This document shows positions 48,712 to 58,367 of a stretch of DNA of 64,000 bases, in pieces (position 1 is the stretch's first letter; each line of letters opens with the position of its first letter). Source of the stretch: Gemmatimonadales bacterium (GTDB lineage Bacteria; Gemmatimonadota; Gemmatimonadetes; Gemmatimonadales; GWC2-71-9); contig DATEGE010000031.1 in assembly GCA_035280265.1 (NCBI GenBank), forward strand, positions 3,995-67,994, in the 5' to 3' direction. The position numbers were made by a program, and so were the translations under genes. The notes beneath the pieces were generated by a model that ran no database searches, had not been told where the DNA came from, and saw only the letters and a program-made list of their open reading frames with translations.

Positions 48712-50340
48712 AAAGAAACGATCGGTCGCCGGCTGCACGCGCTCCACCTCGACAGTATCAGGAGCCAGATCCTGGTCTTCGCAGTGGTGGCGACGCTGGT
48801 GCCCACGGTGGCGCTGACGATCGCATCGTCCCGGCAAACCCGGCGGGCGGAGACGGAGCGGGCCGAAGCGGAGCTGCGGCGCGCCAGCGCAGAGACCGCC
48901 TGGGACGTGAGCTTGTGGCTCACCGACCGCCAGCGTGATTTGCGGGTGGCGGCGAGCTCGTACGCGGTGTCGGACAATCTGAACGGCGGCAGCCAGGCGT
49001 CGACTCGGCTGCGTGACTACCTCACCTCGGTGCGCGAGCGCTGCACCGAGTGTGAGGGGCTGCTCGTGAGCGACGGGCACGGGCGCCCCGTGTCGAGCAG
49101 CGGCGGGCGGATGAGCGGCGTGGCGCTCTCCGCTGAGCGGCTGAACGCCCTGCGAACGGGCGACGTCGTCATGGGCGAGCCCTACTGGGACAGCGGCATC
49201 GGGAAAGCCGCGATCACGCTCGCCGTCCCGATCCGCAAGGAGGACGGCAAGCTCCAAGGCGCGCTCACCGCCAAGATCAACCTCCGCTCCCTCACCGACG
49301 CCCTACAGCGTCTCGCTCCCGCCGAAGGAGGTGACGTGACGCTGATGACGGACCAGGGGCGCCTCATTCTCCGGGGGCGCGTCAGCTCCGCGGAGCTCCT
49401 GCGGACCAAGCTCCCGCAGCCGCTGATGCAGACGTTGTTCGATCAGGAAGGGTCGATCGTTTCATACAAGCGCGCCGACGGGCAAGACGTGCTCGGCATT
49501 CTGCGGCGCCTTCCCCAGCTCCGTTGGGCGACCGCGGTGGAGCTGCCTGAGGCCGCGGTGGGTAGCGGAGTCGGCGCCGTTACGCCGGTGGTGTTGGGGA
49601 CGCTGGTTGTGGGTGTGGGGCTCGTCGCCTACTTGTTGGGACTGCTCATCGTGCGGCCGCTCGCGCGGCTCACCAGCGCCGCGGCCAAGGTGGCGGCTGG
49701 TGATCTGGCGGTGGAGCTCCCCAGCGGTGGAGGCGGCGAGGTCGGATACCTGACGCAGGTCTTCAAGAATCTCGTGACCCGCGTGCGGGAGCGTGAAGGG
49801 CAGGGAGAGCTCGAGCGCCTCTCCGTCACCGACGCGCTCACCGGCCTGTACAACCGGCGTCACCTCACGGGGACCCTCGCCAACGAGGTGCAGCGGTCCC
49901 GCCGCTTGCGGCGCACCTTCGCGGTGTTGCTGATCGACGTCGATCGCTTCAAGCAATACAACGACACGCACGGGCATCTCGCGGGTGACGCGGCGCTCGT
50001 CAAAATCGCGGAGATCCTGCGCAAGACGACGCGGGCGGTCGATTCCGTGGCGCGCTACGGCGGCGAGGAGTTCCTGGTGCTCTTGCTCGAGACGACGCTC
50101 GCGACGGCGGCCTCGGTGGCGGAGCGCATTCGGACTCGTGTTGCGTCGGAAACGTTCGAGGGCGGGAAGGTGACGGTGAGTATCGGCGCGGCAGAGTATC
50201 CTGCCCACGGCGACACGCCGGAAGAGCTCATCGCGAGCGCTGACGCCGCCATGTACAAGGCAAAGGAGGCCGGTCGCGACCGCGTGGCGGTGGCCGGCGC
50301 TCCGGAGGGGAAAAAACGGCGCCGCAAGGGCGACGAGTGA
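48673..50340 (+). CDS. diguanylate cyclase (Cache-like sensor, HAMP, GGEEF)
   Basis: Two TM segments, PLARL..AA.KVAAGDL HAMP, DALTGLYNRR, DVDRFKQYNDTHGH, RYGGEEF. Confidence 0.9.
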   Translation: MTDWAERLRTTDWKETIGRRLHALHLDSIRSQILVFAVVATLVPTVALTIASSRQTRRAETERAEAELRRASAETAWDVSLWLTDRQRDLRVAASSYAVSDNLNGGSQASTRLRDYLTSVRERCTECEGLLVSDGHGRPVSSSGGRMSGVALSAERLNALRTGDVVMGEPYWDSGIGKAAITLAVPIRKEDGKLQGALTAKINLRSLTDALQRLAPAEGGDVTLMTDQGRLILRGRVSSAELLRTKLPQPLMQTLFDQEGSIVSYKRADGQDVLGILRRLPQLRWATAVELPEAAVGSGVGAVTPVVLGTLVVGVGLVAYLLGLLIVRPLARLTSAAAKVAAGDLAVELPSGGGGEVGYLTQVFKNLVTRVREREGQGELERLSVTDALTGLYNRRHLTGTLANEVQRSRRLRRTFAVLLIDVDRFKQYNDTHGHLAGDAALVKIAEILRKTTRAVDSVARYGGEEFLVLLLETTLATAASVAERIRTRVASETFEGGKVTVSIGAAEYPAHGDTPEELIASADAAMYKAKEAGRDRVAVAGAPEGKKRRRKGDE

Positions 50341-50346
50341 TCCGCC

Positions 50347-51249
50347 TCAGCGGTGCTTGATGAAGGTCCCATCCTGGAGCTCGGCGTACGCGCGCCGCAG
50401 CTCCTCCGGCGTGTTCATCACGATCGGCCCCCGCCAGGCCACAGGCTCCGCAATGGGACGCCCGGAAACCAGCAGGAAGCGGATTCCGGCGTCCCCTGCC
50501 TCAACCGTGATCTCGTCGCCCGAGTCGAACAGCACGAGCGAGCGGTTGCCGACCAGCTCCGGCGTGCCGCTCGCCTCACCTACCCACTCGGTCCGCACGG
50601 CCTGGGGCGCCGACGCGTCCCGGAACGTCCCGCTGCCCTCGAACACGTACGCGAAGGCGTGGCGCGAGGACTCGACGGGGAGGGTCTTGCGAATCCGGGG
50701 TGGGATCGTGACGTCCAGGTAACGGGGATCGGCCGCCACGCCGACCACCGGCCCCGTCTTGCCCCAGAAGGTGCCGCAGACGACGCGCACCCGCGTCCCG
50801 TCGTCGTCCACGACTTCGGGGATGTCCTTGGCGAGAATATCCTGATAGCGCGGGTCGGTCATCTTGAGCGAAGCGGGGAGGTTGGCCCACAGCTGAAATC
50901 CGTGCATCCGGCCGCGCGGATCGCCTCGCGGCATCTCCTGATGCAGGATGCCGCTCCCGGCGGTCATCCACTGCACGTCCCCGGCGCCGAGCGCGCCGCG
51001 GTTGCCGAGGCTGTCGCCGTGCTGCACCGTGCCGCTGAGGACGTAGGTGATCGTCTCGATGCCGCGATGCGGGTGCCAGGGAAATCCGGCGAGGTAGTCT
51101 TGCGGGTTCTCGTTGCGGAAGTCGTCCAGCAGGAGGAACGGGTCGAACTCGCGAGTGTCCCCGAACCCGAACGCGCGCCGCAGCTTTACGCCCGCCCCCT
51201 CGATGGTAGGCTGTGCTCGCGTGATCGTCTTCACTGGCCGGATCGACAT
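50347..51249 (-). CDS. pirin family protein
   Basis: DPFLLLDDF, FPWHPHRGIETITY, QWMTAGSGILHQE, FQLWANLP, GPIVMNT. Confidence 0.93.
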   Translation of the reverse strand: MSIRPVKTITRAQPTIEGAGVKLRRAFGFGDTREFDPFLLLDDFRNENPQDYLAGFPWHPHRGIETITYVLSGTVQHGDSLGNRGALGAGDVQWMTAGSGILHQEMPRGDPRGRMHGFQLWANLPASLKMTDPRYQDILAKDIPEVVDDDGTRVRVVCGTFWGKTGPVVGVAADPRYLDVTIPPRIRKTLPVESSRHAFAYVFEGSGTFRDASAPQAVRTEWVGEASGTPELVGNRSLVLFDSGDEITVEAGDAGIRFLLVSGRPIAEPVAWRGPIVMNTPEELRRAYAELQDGTFIKHR

Positions 51250-51304
51250 GTGTCCTCCCCTCCTCGCGCCGTGCGGTGATTATAAACATACTTCCTCCCG
51301 CGCC

Positions 51305-52555
51305 ATGACAGCGTCGACACCGGGAAAGCACGCGCTCGTCTTCATCGCGACCGCGGTGCTGATCGACATCATCGGCTTCGGGCTGATCCTGCCCGTGTTG
51401 CCGGCCCTGCTGGTCCGACTCACCGGCGAAGGCGTGAGCACGGCCGCCATCTACGGCGGCTGGCTGGCCTTCGTGTACGCGGTGATGCAGTTCCTGTGTG
51501 CACCCATCCTCGGCAATCTGTCCGACCGATTCGGCCGGCGTCCCGTGCTGCTCTTCGCCATCGGCGCGCTCGGCGTGGATTACCTGATCATGGGCTCCGC
51601 GCCGACGTTGGGATGGCTGTTCCTGGGCCGCACCATCTCGGGGATCGCGGGCGCGTCCTTCACCCCGGCGTATGCCTACGTCGCCGACGTCAGCCCGCCC
51701 GAGAAACGCGCGCAGAGTTTCGGCTTGATCAGCGCCGCCTTCGGCACCGGGTTCATCCTGGGACCGGCGCTGGGCGGCCTGCTGGGTGGGTTCGGGCCGC
51801 GCACGCCGTTCTTCGCAGCCGCGGGTCTGAGCCTCCTCAATTTCGTGTACGGCCTATTTGTGCTCCCCGAGTCGCTGCCGCCGGAGCGGCGTCGCGCCTT
51901 TACCTGGAAGCGCGCCAACCCGCTCGGCATGCTCGGCCAAATGCGCCGCCGCCCGCTCGTCTCCGGCTTACTGATGGCTCTGTTTCTGTGGATGTTGGGA
52001 CACCAGGTGATGCCCTCGACATGGGCGTATTACACGAAGTTCCGATTCGGCTGGACCGAGGCGATGATCGGCGCATCACTCGCCTTGGCTGGGGCGGTGA
52101 TGGCCGTGAGTCAGGCGAGCCTGGTCCGCGTGCTGGTGCCGCGGCTGGGCGAGCGCCGGGTGGCACTCACGGGCATCGCGATCGCGGCGGTCGGGTATCT
52201 GGGCTACGGCACCGCCACCGCCGGTTGGATGATGTTCGCGTGGCTCGGGACGTGGCTGTTCGGCGCGATGGTCATGCCCACCACCAACGCCCTGATGTCG
52301 CATCGCGTGCCGGCCGACGCGCAGGGCGAGCTGCAGGGGGCGGTGGCGAGCCTTTACTCGCTCAGCACGATCGTCGGGCCCCCCATCATGACGCAGCTGT
52401 TCGGGCACTTCTCATCGCCTGCGGCGCCCGTCTACTTTCCCGGCGCGGCCTTCCTCGCCTCCACGGTGCTCGCGACGACGGCCTTCGTGATCTACTGGTC
52501 TGTGACCCGGGAACGGGCCCCCCGGACCGCCGAGGCGCAGGCGGTCGGCTCGTAA
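51305..52555 (+). CDS. MFS efflux transporter, TCR/Tet (DHA1) family
   Basis: [14 protein letters not shown] motif [14 protein letters not shown] motif C; 12 TM. Confidence 0.88.
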   Translation: MTASTPGKHALVFIATAVLIDIIGFGLILPVLPALLVRLTGEGVSTAAIYGGWLAFVYAVMQFLCAPILGNLSDRFGRRPVLLFAIGALGVDYLIMGSAPTLGWLFLGRTISGIAGASFTPAYAYVADVSPPEKRAQSFGLISAAFGTGFILGPALGGLLGGFGPRTPFFAAAGLSLLNFVYGLFVLPESLPPERRRAFTWKRANPLGMLGQMRRRPLVSGLLMALFLWMLGHQVMPSTWAYYTKFRFGWTEAMIGASLALAGAVMAVSQASLVRVLVPRLGERRVALTGIAIAAVGYLGYGTATAGWMMFAWLGTWLFGAMVMPTTNALMSHRVPADAQGELQGAVASLYSLSTIVGPPIMTQLFGHFSSPAAPVYFPGAAFLASTVLATTAFVIYWSVTRERAPRTAEAQAVGS

Positions 52556-52556
52556 G

Positions 52557-54155
52557 TCAGCGCAGCCGGGGCGGCGACGGCGGCTGCGCGAGGGGCGATT
52601 CCACGGCGAGCTCCTGTGCGAGCACCGCCAAGCGGTCCGCCAGCGCCTCAAGCTCCGTCAGCCGGCGCCGGCTCTTGTATCGATAGGTCGTCCGAGCGGT
52701 CACATAGGTCGTCGCCATCCACAAGGGGATGATCGCTCCGATTGCGCCCGCGGGGGCGTGCAACGCGCCGACCACTAGTCCGATCACCGGCCACACGCCG
52801 CCCCCACCCATGCCCCCGCCGATGCCGCCAAAGATCGCGCCGATCAGCTGGGCGAGACTCTCCTGAATCGTGATGCGCGTCCTGCCCGCGCGCACCGTCA
52901 CCACGATTTCCAGCTTGCGTTGCGATACGCCGGGTGACGCGGTCCAAGAAAACGACCGCCCCAGCTGGCTGACCTGCCCCACGTTCTTGAGGATGCGCCG
53001 CGTCTCATCCACCATGACCGAGTAGTCGCTCTCGGGCACCTCGCCGTCCACGATGCGCTCGATCGAGATCACCGTCGGTCCCCCTACCCAGGGATTGTTG
53101 CCGGTCGGAATCTCCACGACGGGCAGCGACGTGGCGCTCGGCGCGCGCATCGAATTCGCCGCGGCGCGCACGTTCGTGGCCGCAATGCCCACCTCGGCGG
53201 CGAGCGCTTCGACGCCGCCGATGGTCATGGCGCCGCTCGCCGTTGGCGTGCTCGCTTCGAGCTCGCTGGCCCGCTTGACGATCTCTTGGACTTCGCTGCC
53301 GCTATAGCGCCGGCGCACCGGCGTCGTCGCGGAGAGCTCCCCGATCAGCGCCGCGGTGGTTGGGGTGCGCTGGTCGTGCCGGATCGCGAGTCCCCGCACC
53401 AGCGCCGCTTCGACTGCCGGGCCCGCCTCCGTCAGCCGGGTGCGGTGCGCCGGCGCCGCTTCGAGGAAACGGCCGGCGCGCACCGCATCCTCCGTCGGCC
53501 AGCGGCCCGGCGGCTCGCCCACCAGCATCTCGTAGATCACCACCGCGAGGCTGTAGACGTCGGTCTTCTGGTCGAGGTCGGTGAGCCCGGCTGCTTGCTC
53601 GGGGCTCATGTAGCCCGGCGTGCCGACCGGGAACCCGGTGCGGGTCAGGTTCGCGCCCCCCGCAGTGCTGATCGCCTTGGCGATCCCGAAGTCGGCGACG
53701 ATCGGGTGCCCCTGCGAGAACAGCACGTTCTCGGGCTTGATGTCGCGGTGAAAGACGCCCATGCGGTGCGCATACGAGAGGGCGTCGGCCACCGGCGCGG
53801 CGATCGCCAGCGCGTCGACGGTGCGCAAGCGCCGTCCGCCCTCGAGCCGTTGGCGCAAGGAGCCGCCCTCGAGGTACGGCATGACGTAGTACAGGAATCC
53901 CGCCGCTTCTCCGGAGTCGTACAGGGCGAGGATGTGCGGGTGGGTGAGACCCGCCGCGATCTGGATCTCCTTGAGGAAGCGCTCGACGCCGAGGAACGCC
54001 GCGAGGCCGGGAAGCAACACCTTGAGCGCGACGTCGCGCCGGTGCTTCGGGTCCGCCGCTAGGTAGACGGTCGCCATGCCGCCACGTCCCAGCACGCGGC
54101 GCAACTGGTAGCGCCCGTCGAGCGCGGCCTGGAGATCGCTGGGGAGGTCGGTCAC
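52557..54155 (-). CDS. Hanks-type Ser/Thr protein kinase with C-terminal membrane domain
   Basis: LGRGGMATVY, VALK, HRDIKPEN, DFGIA, GTPGYMSPEQ, DVYSL. Confidence 0.92.
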   Translation of the reverse strand: MTDLPSDLQAALDGRYQLRRVLGRGGMATVYLAADPKHRRDVALKVLLPGLAAFLGVERFLKEIQIAAGLTHPHILALYDSGEAAGFLYYVMPYLEGGSLRQRLEGGRRLRTVDALAIAAPVADALSYAHRMGVFHRDIKPENVLFSQGHPIVADFGIAKAISTAGGANLTRTGFPVGTPGYMSPEQAAGLTDLDQKTDVYSLAVVIYEMLVGEPPGRWPTEDAVRAGRFLEAAPAHRTRLTEAGPAVEAALVRGLAIRHDQRTPTTAALIGELSATTPVRRRYSGSEVQEIVKRASELEASTPTASGAMTIGGVEALAAEVGIAATNVRAAANSMRAPSATSLPVVEIPTGNNPWVGGPTVISIERIVDGEVPESDYSVMVDETRRILKNVGQVSQLGRSFSWTASPGVSQRKLEIVVTVRAGRTRITIQESLAQLIGAIFGGIGGGMGGGGVWPVIGLVVGALHAPAGAIGAIIPLWMATTYVTARTTYRYKSRRRLTELEALADRLAVLAQELAVESPLAQPPSPPRLR

Positions 54156-55120
54156 GGCGGAGCTGTGGCGGGGCGCTCCAAGGCTGGACGGTCCCAGCCG
54201 GCGAGGTTCGCGCCGGCGGTGTAGGTGCTTTCCAGGAAGGCGAGCAGCAGATCGTCGGGCCGCTCTGCCGCGCGGACCGCGTCGTACGGGAGAATGTATT
54301 CACCCAAGTCGGAGCTGAAGAACGCGGGAGCCGGGACAGCCGCCTGACCGTAACCGGGCGGCGTGGGATAGCTGTACGCATAGAATGCCGGCTCAGCGAC
54401 GGCCGTGCTCAACCCCCTGCCAGGCCAGAAGCCGCAACTGGCGCACTCGTGTGAATACGCTTCCACCATCACGTAATCGGGGCAATTGGGAACACCGCCA
54501 CCGTGCCGCGGCGCCGTCCGACCGGAGAAGCGGGTGCAGGCGAGGTCGAACCCGCCCCACCAAAAGTGCGACGGACTCGACTTGCCGAGGAACCGGCCAC
54601 GGAACCGCTTCAAAACCTGGTCGACGTGGCTCAGGATGCGCCACCAGCGCTGCGCGTAGTCCGGATCGTACGCCGCGTGCTCGCGGTCGTCGGCGAACGG
54701 AATCGCCCGCGGCACCTCGACCGGCACCGGCCAGAGCTTCAGCGTGATGCCCAGCTCGGCGAGCGTCGCCAGGTACTGGCGGTAGAAGTCGGCGACCGGT
54801 TGCGCGACGAGCGGAAGGAAGCGCGTCGTCCCTTCGCTGGTGCGCACCACGAGCCGGTGCTCCACGAAGTCGAAGGCGACATCGAACGTCAGTGGACCGG
54901 CGACGAGCGGGCTGGTCGTCAGCCCTCGAGCGGTGAGCTGCAGCGCGACGTGCCACCAGTGGTTCTGCGGGGGCGCGAAGGCCAGGCTCGTCTTGCCGAC
55001 GATCTGCGTCCACATGTGGAGGGTCGCGTACGTGTCCTGCCAGGCGGGGAGTGGCAACGCCGCCCATGCGCCCGTTACCGCGCCCACGCGGGACAGGTCA
55101 GACCTCCATGTCGTCGACAA
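54152..55120 (-). CDS. DUF5996 family protein
   Basis: W.DTYATLHMWTQIVGK, NHWW, FLGKSSP.HFWWG.FDLA.TRFSGR, EAYSHEC.S.GFWPG, FYAYSYP. Confidence 0.8.
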   Translation of the reverse strand: MSTTWRSDLSRVGAVTGAWAALPLPAWQDTYATLHMWTQIVGKTSLAFAPPQNHWWHVALQLTARGLTTSPLVAGPLTFDVAFDFVEHRLVVRTSEGTTRFLPLVAQPVADFYRQYLATLAELGITLKLWPVPVEVPRAIPFADDREHAAYDPDYAQRWWRILSHVDQVLKRFRGRFLGKSSPSHFWWGGFDLACTRFSGRTAPRHGGGVPNCPDYVMVEAYSHECASCGFWPGRGLSTAVAEPAFYAYSYPTPPGYGQAAVPAPAFFSSDLGEYILPYDAVRAAERPDDLLLAFLESTYTAGANLAGWDRPALERPATAPP

Positions 55121-55358
55121 AGCAGTACCGCCAGTCTTCGCCCGGCTCGAACGAGCGGACGATGGCGTGTGCCGACGTGTGGGCGTGCTTGCGCGCGTGA
55201 CGGTTGGGCGAGGAATCGCAACAGCCGACGTGCCCGCAGCTGAGACACAGTCGGAGATGCACCCACTGGCTCCCGCTCGCTAGGCATTCCTCGCACCCGT
55301 TCGGCGTACGAGCCCGCACGTTACGGATCTGATCGAGATGTGTGCACCGAGTGGTCAT
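55098..55358 (-). CDS. stand-alone UBP-type zinc finger protein
   Basis: C.H..CEEC..WVHLRLCLSCGHVGCCDSS.NRHA..H. Confidence 0.88.
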   Translation of the reverse strand: MTTRCTHLDQIRNVRARTPNGCEECLASGSQWVHLRLCLSCGHVGCCDSSPNRHARKHAHTSAHAIVRSFEPGEDWRYCFVDDMEV

Positions 55359-55478
55359 ACCTAAAAGGTACTGCCAGTTAGCCCTCCTTCAAGAACAGCC
55401 GCAACTCCTCAGCGCGACCGGGAGCGAGGTGACAACAGTCACACGCCTGGCGTCGGGAGAATGTGTAATAGTGTTGCC

Positions 55479-56534
55479 GTGACCATTGCCCGCCGCGCGC
55501 TCCTCACGGTCGCGCTCGCCGCGTGCCGCAATCCTGCCGCTCACCCAGGAGGCCCGCCGCCGACTGGGGCGCCAGCTGTGCACGTGCAGGGCAGCCGGCT
55601 CGTGGATGACGCAGGGCATGCGGTTCGGTTGCGCGGGGTCAACCGCTCGGGGACGGAATACGCCTGCGCCCAGGGGTGGGGCATCTTCGATGGCCCGTCG
55701 GATTCGGCGTCGGTGCGGGCGATCGCGTCCTGGCATGCGAACGCCGTCCGCGTGCCGCTCAACGAGACCTGCTGGCTCGGCATCAACGGGGTGGCGCCGG
55801 CGTACTCGGGCGACAATTACCGCCGCGCGATCGCCGATTACGTCGCCCTGCTCAACGGGACCGGGTTGGTCGCCATTCTGGACCTGCATTGGAGCGCGGC
55901 TGGGACGGCCGTAGCGCTCGGTCAGGCGCCGATGCCGGACCGCGACCACGCGGCGGAATTCTGGCGCCAGGTCGCCGCCGCCTACAAGGGCAACGACCGC
56001 GTGATCTTCGATCTCTTCAACGAGCCGTTTCCGGACAACAACAGCGATACGCCGGAGGCGTGGCGCTGCTGGCGTGACGGTGGGACCTGCAGCGGCTTGA
56101 GCTTCCAGGCGGCGGGGATGCAGGAGCTGGTCGCCGCGGTGCGCGGCACGGGCGCCACCAACGTGGTAATGCTCGGCGGGGTCCAGTATGCCGCCACGCT
56201 CTCGAGCTGGCTGGCGTCCAAGCCCACCGACTCCCTGAACAACCTCGCGGCCTCATGGCACGTCTACAATTTCAGCTGGTGCAGTACGGCGACGTGCTGG
56301 GACAGCGATGCGGCCCCCGTCGCGCAGCAAGTCCCGCTGGTGCTCGGTGAGCTGGGGCAGGACGATCGCGGCAGCGCATTCGTCACTGCGCTGATGGATT
56401 GGATGGACGCCCGCCAGGGAAGCTATCTCGCCTGGTCGTGGGACGTGTGGGGTCAGTCCCTCGATCTCATCGCCGGCTATGATGGAACGCCTACCCCGTA
56501 CGGTCAGACCTTCAAGACGAGGTTCGGGTCCTAG
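55479..56534 (+). CDS. glycoside hydrolase family 5 (cellulase family), lipoprotein
   Basis: LRGVNRSG.EYAC, VRVPLNE, FDLFNEP (acid/base), PLVLGELG (nucleophile); LAAC lipobox. Confidence 0.87.
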   Translation: MTIARRALLTVALAACRNPAAHPGGPPPTGAPAVHVQGSRLVDDAGHAVRLRGVNRSGTEYACAQGWGIFDGPSDSASVRAIASWHANAVRVPLNETCWLGINGVAPAYSGDNYRRAIADYVALLNGTGLVAILDLHWSAAGTAVALGQAPMPDRDHAAEFWRQVAAAYKGNDRVIFDLFNEPFPDNNSDTPEAWRCWRDGGTCSGLSFQAAGMQELVAAVRGTGATNVVMLGGVQYAATLSSWLASKPTDSLNNLAASWHVYNFSWCSTATCWDSDAAPVAQQVPLVLGELGQDDRGSAFVTALMDWMDARQGSYLAWSWDVWGQSLDLIAGYDGTPTPYGQTFKTRFGS

Positions 56535-56550
56535 CGCCGAGGGCCTCGTC

Positions 56551-57588
56551 TCACTGCAGGACCAGCACCGCTACCATCCCGCCCAACCCGTCGGGGACCG
56601 TTGCCACGCCCTTCGGCACCACCCAATCCCGACCGTCCACCTGCAGGTTAAAATGGTAGAGCCCGGGCTTCAGAGACAGGGTTCCCTCCCACACCTCGCC
56701 CCCGACCGCGCGCAACAGGTACGGCTGCCAGGCGTTCCAGTCGCCGGCGATGGCAACCATGCGGACGCCGCTGAACCGGAACCGGACGACGACGCTGTCG
56801 CCGCGCCGAGTGAGCACGAGCGGCGCCAGCTTCCTGGCCGCCGCGGCCCGCCCGGCGCGGGTCGAACCGATCCGCACCCCGAGCGTGAAGAATCCGCCGC
56901 GGGGAAAGCCCTGGTAAGGGTCCCGCAGGTAGCTACCGCCACCCACTTCCACCGATACTGAGGGCGCAACCGCCAGCTGCAGGAAGGCGCTTCCCGCGCT
57001 GTAAGAGCCGTATACCGGCGACACACGGGCCTCGGGCGAGATGGACAGCACTGCCGGTCCGCGCTCGACCGTTGCAACGGCGCTAACGTCGGTGAACCAC
57101 GCCCCGACAAAGTGAGTGGGCTCCACGATCACCTGCCACTCTGTGCCGGAGGCGCGGCCGCCCGGCCGCCACCAGGCGCGTGCCCGGGTATGGAGCGCCA
57201 CCACCGACGAGTCGTTGGCGATCCACCCCGCGGAAGGCCCCGCGCCGAGACCGAACCCCCACTGTGGCGCGGACCAGAGCACCTCGCCCAACCCGTGCAC
57301 CGCCGCTGTCCAAGCGCCCCCCGTCCAGGACGTGCCGGCCAGGTTACCCTCTGCTGCGAGCCGCCAGCGACCCGCGATACGCGGCGTGCTTCCCCAAGCA
57401 TAGAGGCGACCATGGCTTGCCCAGACTCCTGCAGGCAGCGAAGCAAAGAAAGTGGAAGCCGACACCACCAAGGACGGGGCAGCGTACCGCAGTTCGGGGG
57501 CGAGGCTGGCCGAGCTGAAGCTCGAGCCGCTTTCGGTGCGCACGGTACCGATGCCGGCGCCCAGTGACCCGCGCACCTGGCCGGCCAT
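56551..57588 (-). CDS. exported beta-rich protein with C-terminal glycogen-binding (AMPK1_CBM/CBM48-like) domain
   Basis: C-terminal VAIAGDWNAW..GEVWEGTLSLKPGLYHFNLQVDGRDWVVP..DGLGG; amphipathic beta-strand N-terminal region. Start unresolved: a signal-like segment is encoded upstream of ATG 57588. Confidence 0.72.
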   Translation of the reverse strand: MAGQVRGSLGAGIGTVRTESGSSFSSASLAPELRYAAPSLVVSASTFFASLPAGVWASHGRLYAWGSTPRIAGRWRLAAEGNLAGTSWTGGAWTAAVHGLGEVLWSAPQWGFGLGAGPSAGWIANDSSVVALHTRARAWWRPGGRASGTEWQVIVEPTHFVGAWFTDVSAVATVERGPAVLSISPEARVSPVYGSYSAGSAFLQLAVAPSVSVEVGGGSYLRDPYQGFPRGGFFTLGVRIGSTRAGRAAAARKLAPLVLTRRGDSVVVRFRFSGVRMVAIAGDWNAWQPYLLRAVGGEVWEGTLSLKPGLYHFNLQVDGRDWVVPKGVATVPDGLGGMVAVLVLQ

Positions 57589-57684
57589 GGGGGCGGGCGC
57601 ACCCGCGAGGCTCGACGCGAGCAGCAGCCCGACGGAGAGGAGCGTCGGGAGGGCGGGTGCTGAACGCTGAGAGTGGGAAACACA

Positions 57685-57714
57685 TGTAGGGGCGCAGCTC
57701 GCTGCGCCCCTACA
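57685..57714. repeat. GTAG-type REP palindrome
   Basis: TGTAGGGGCGCAGC-TC-GCTGCGCCCCTACA, perfect 14-bp arms. Confidence 0.85.
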
Positions 57715-57739
57715 CTGCTGTGCGACGCCTACCGTGTCG

Positions 57740-58165
57740 TTATGGCCTATGACGACCGACCCGGTTCTTGCTTGGAGCAGGAGGGGGGTTATCCTGCCCG
57801 TTGTTGTCTTCCTTATCACCTTCACCTTGCGCCTGCGCAGCGTCCTTGGAACCCTCGTCCACGTCAGGCCCCTCATTCACGTCGGGACCGTCGTTTACGT
57901 CGGTGCCCTCGTTCGAGTTCGGACCCTCATCAACGTCTGGGCCCTCCTGGGCATCCTTCTGGTCCTCGGCCTTGTCGCCGTCGGACTGGTTGTGATCGAC
58001 GTCGCCAGCGGTACGAACGGCATCGGCGGCTGGGCGGACCACCTCGCCCTGGAACTGCATGGCCTTGCCGTGTGCCACCGCCGCTTTGGTTCTGGGCGCC
58101 TGCGCCGCCAGCAACACCGGTACGGCGAGCCAGGCCACCGCGAACCCGAGAAGTCTGCAAAGCAT
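57740..58165 (-). CDS. exported acidic low-complexity protein with 5 x hexapeptide EGPDV(N/D) repeats
   Basis: GGAGG RBS, signal peptide, 18-bp repeats at 57852-57941 varying mostly at codon third positions. Confidence 0.65.
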   Translation of the reverse strand: MLCRLLGFAVAWLAVPVLLAAQAPRTKAAVAHGKAMQFQGEVVRPAADAVRTAGDVDHNQSDGDKAEDQKDAQEGPDVDEGPNSNEGTDVNDGPDVNEGPDVDEGSKDAAQAQGEGDKEDNNGQDNPPPAPSKNRVGRHRP

Positions 58166-58367
58166 GCTGCCTCCATTTTCACGGGGGAGTCCCGTATCGC
58201 CCGTAAAGATGGCTGCCGGCGCCTCCAGGTAACCAGCCGACGGGGAAGTCCCGCTAGGCCAGCGCGTTACCAATATCACCCGTACCACTCTTTAAGGGTA
58301 GCACCGGTTGCCGGTGACGCGCGTCACGTCTACCATCCTGGGCACACAGCCGGGCGAGAGGACAGGG

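Noticed and set aside
51305-52555. Tetracycline resistance gene tetA
   Set aside because: TCR/Tet-family motifs only; no tetR and no mobile context, so substrate is unsupported.
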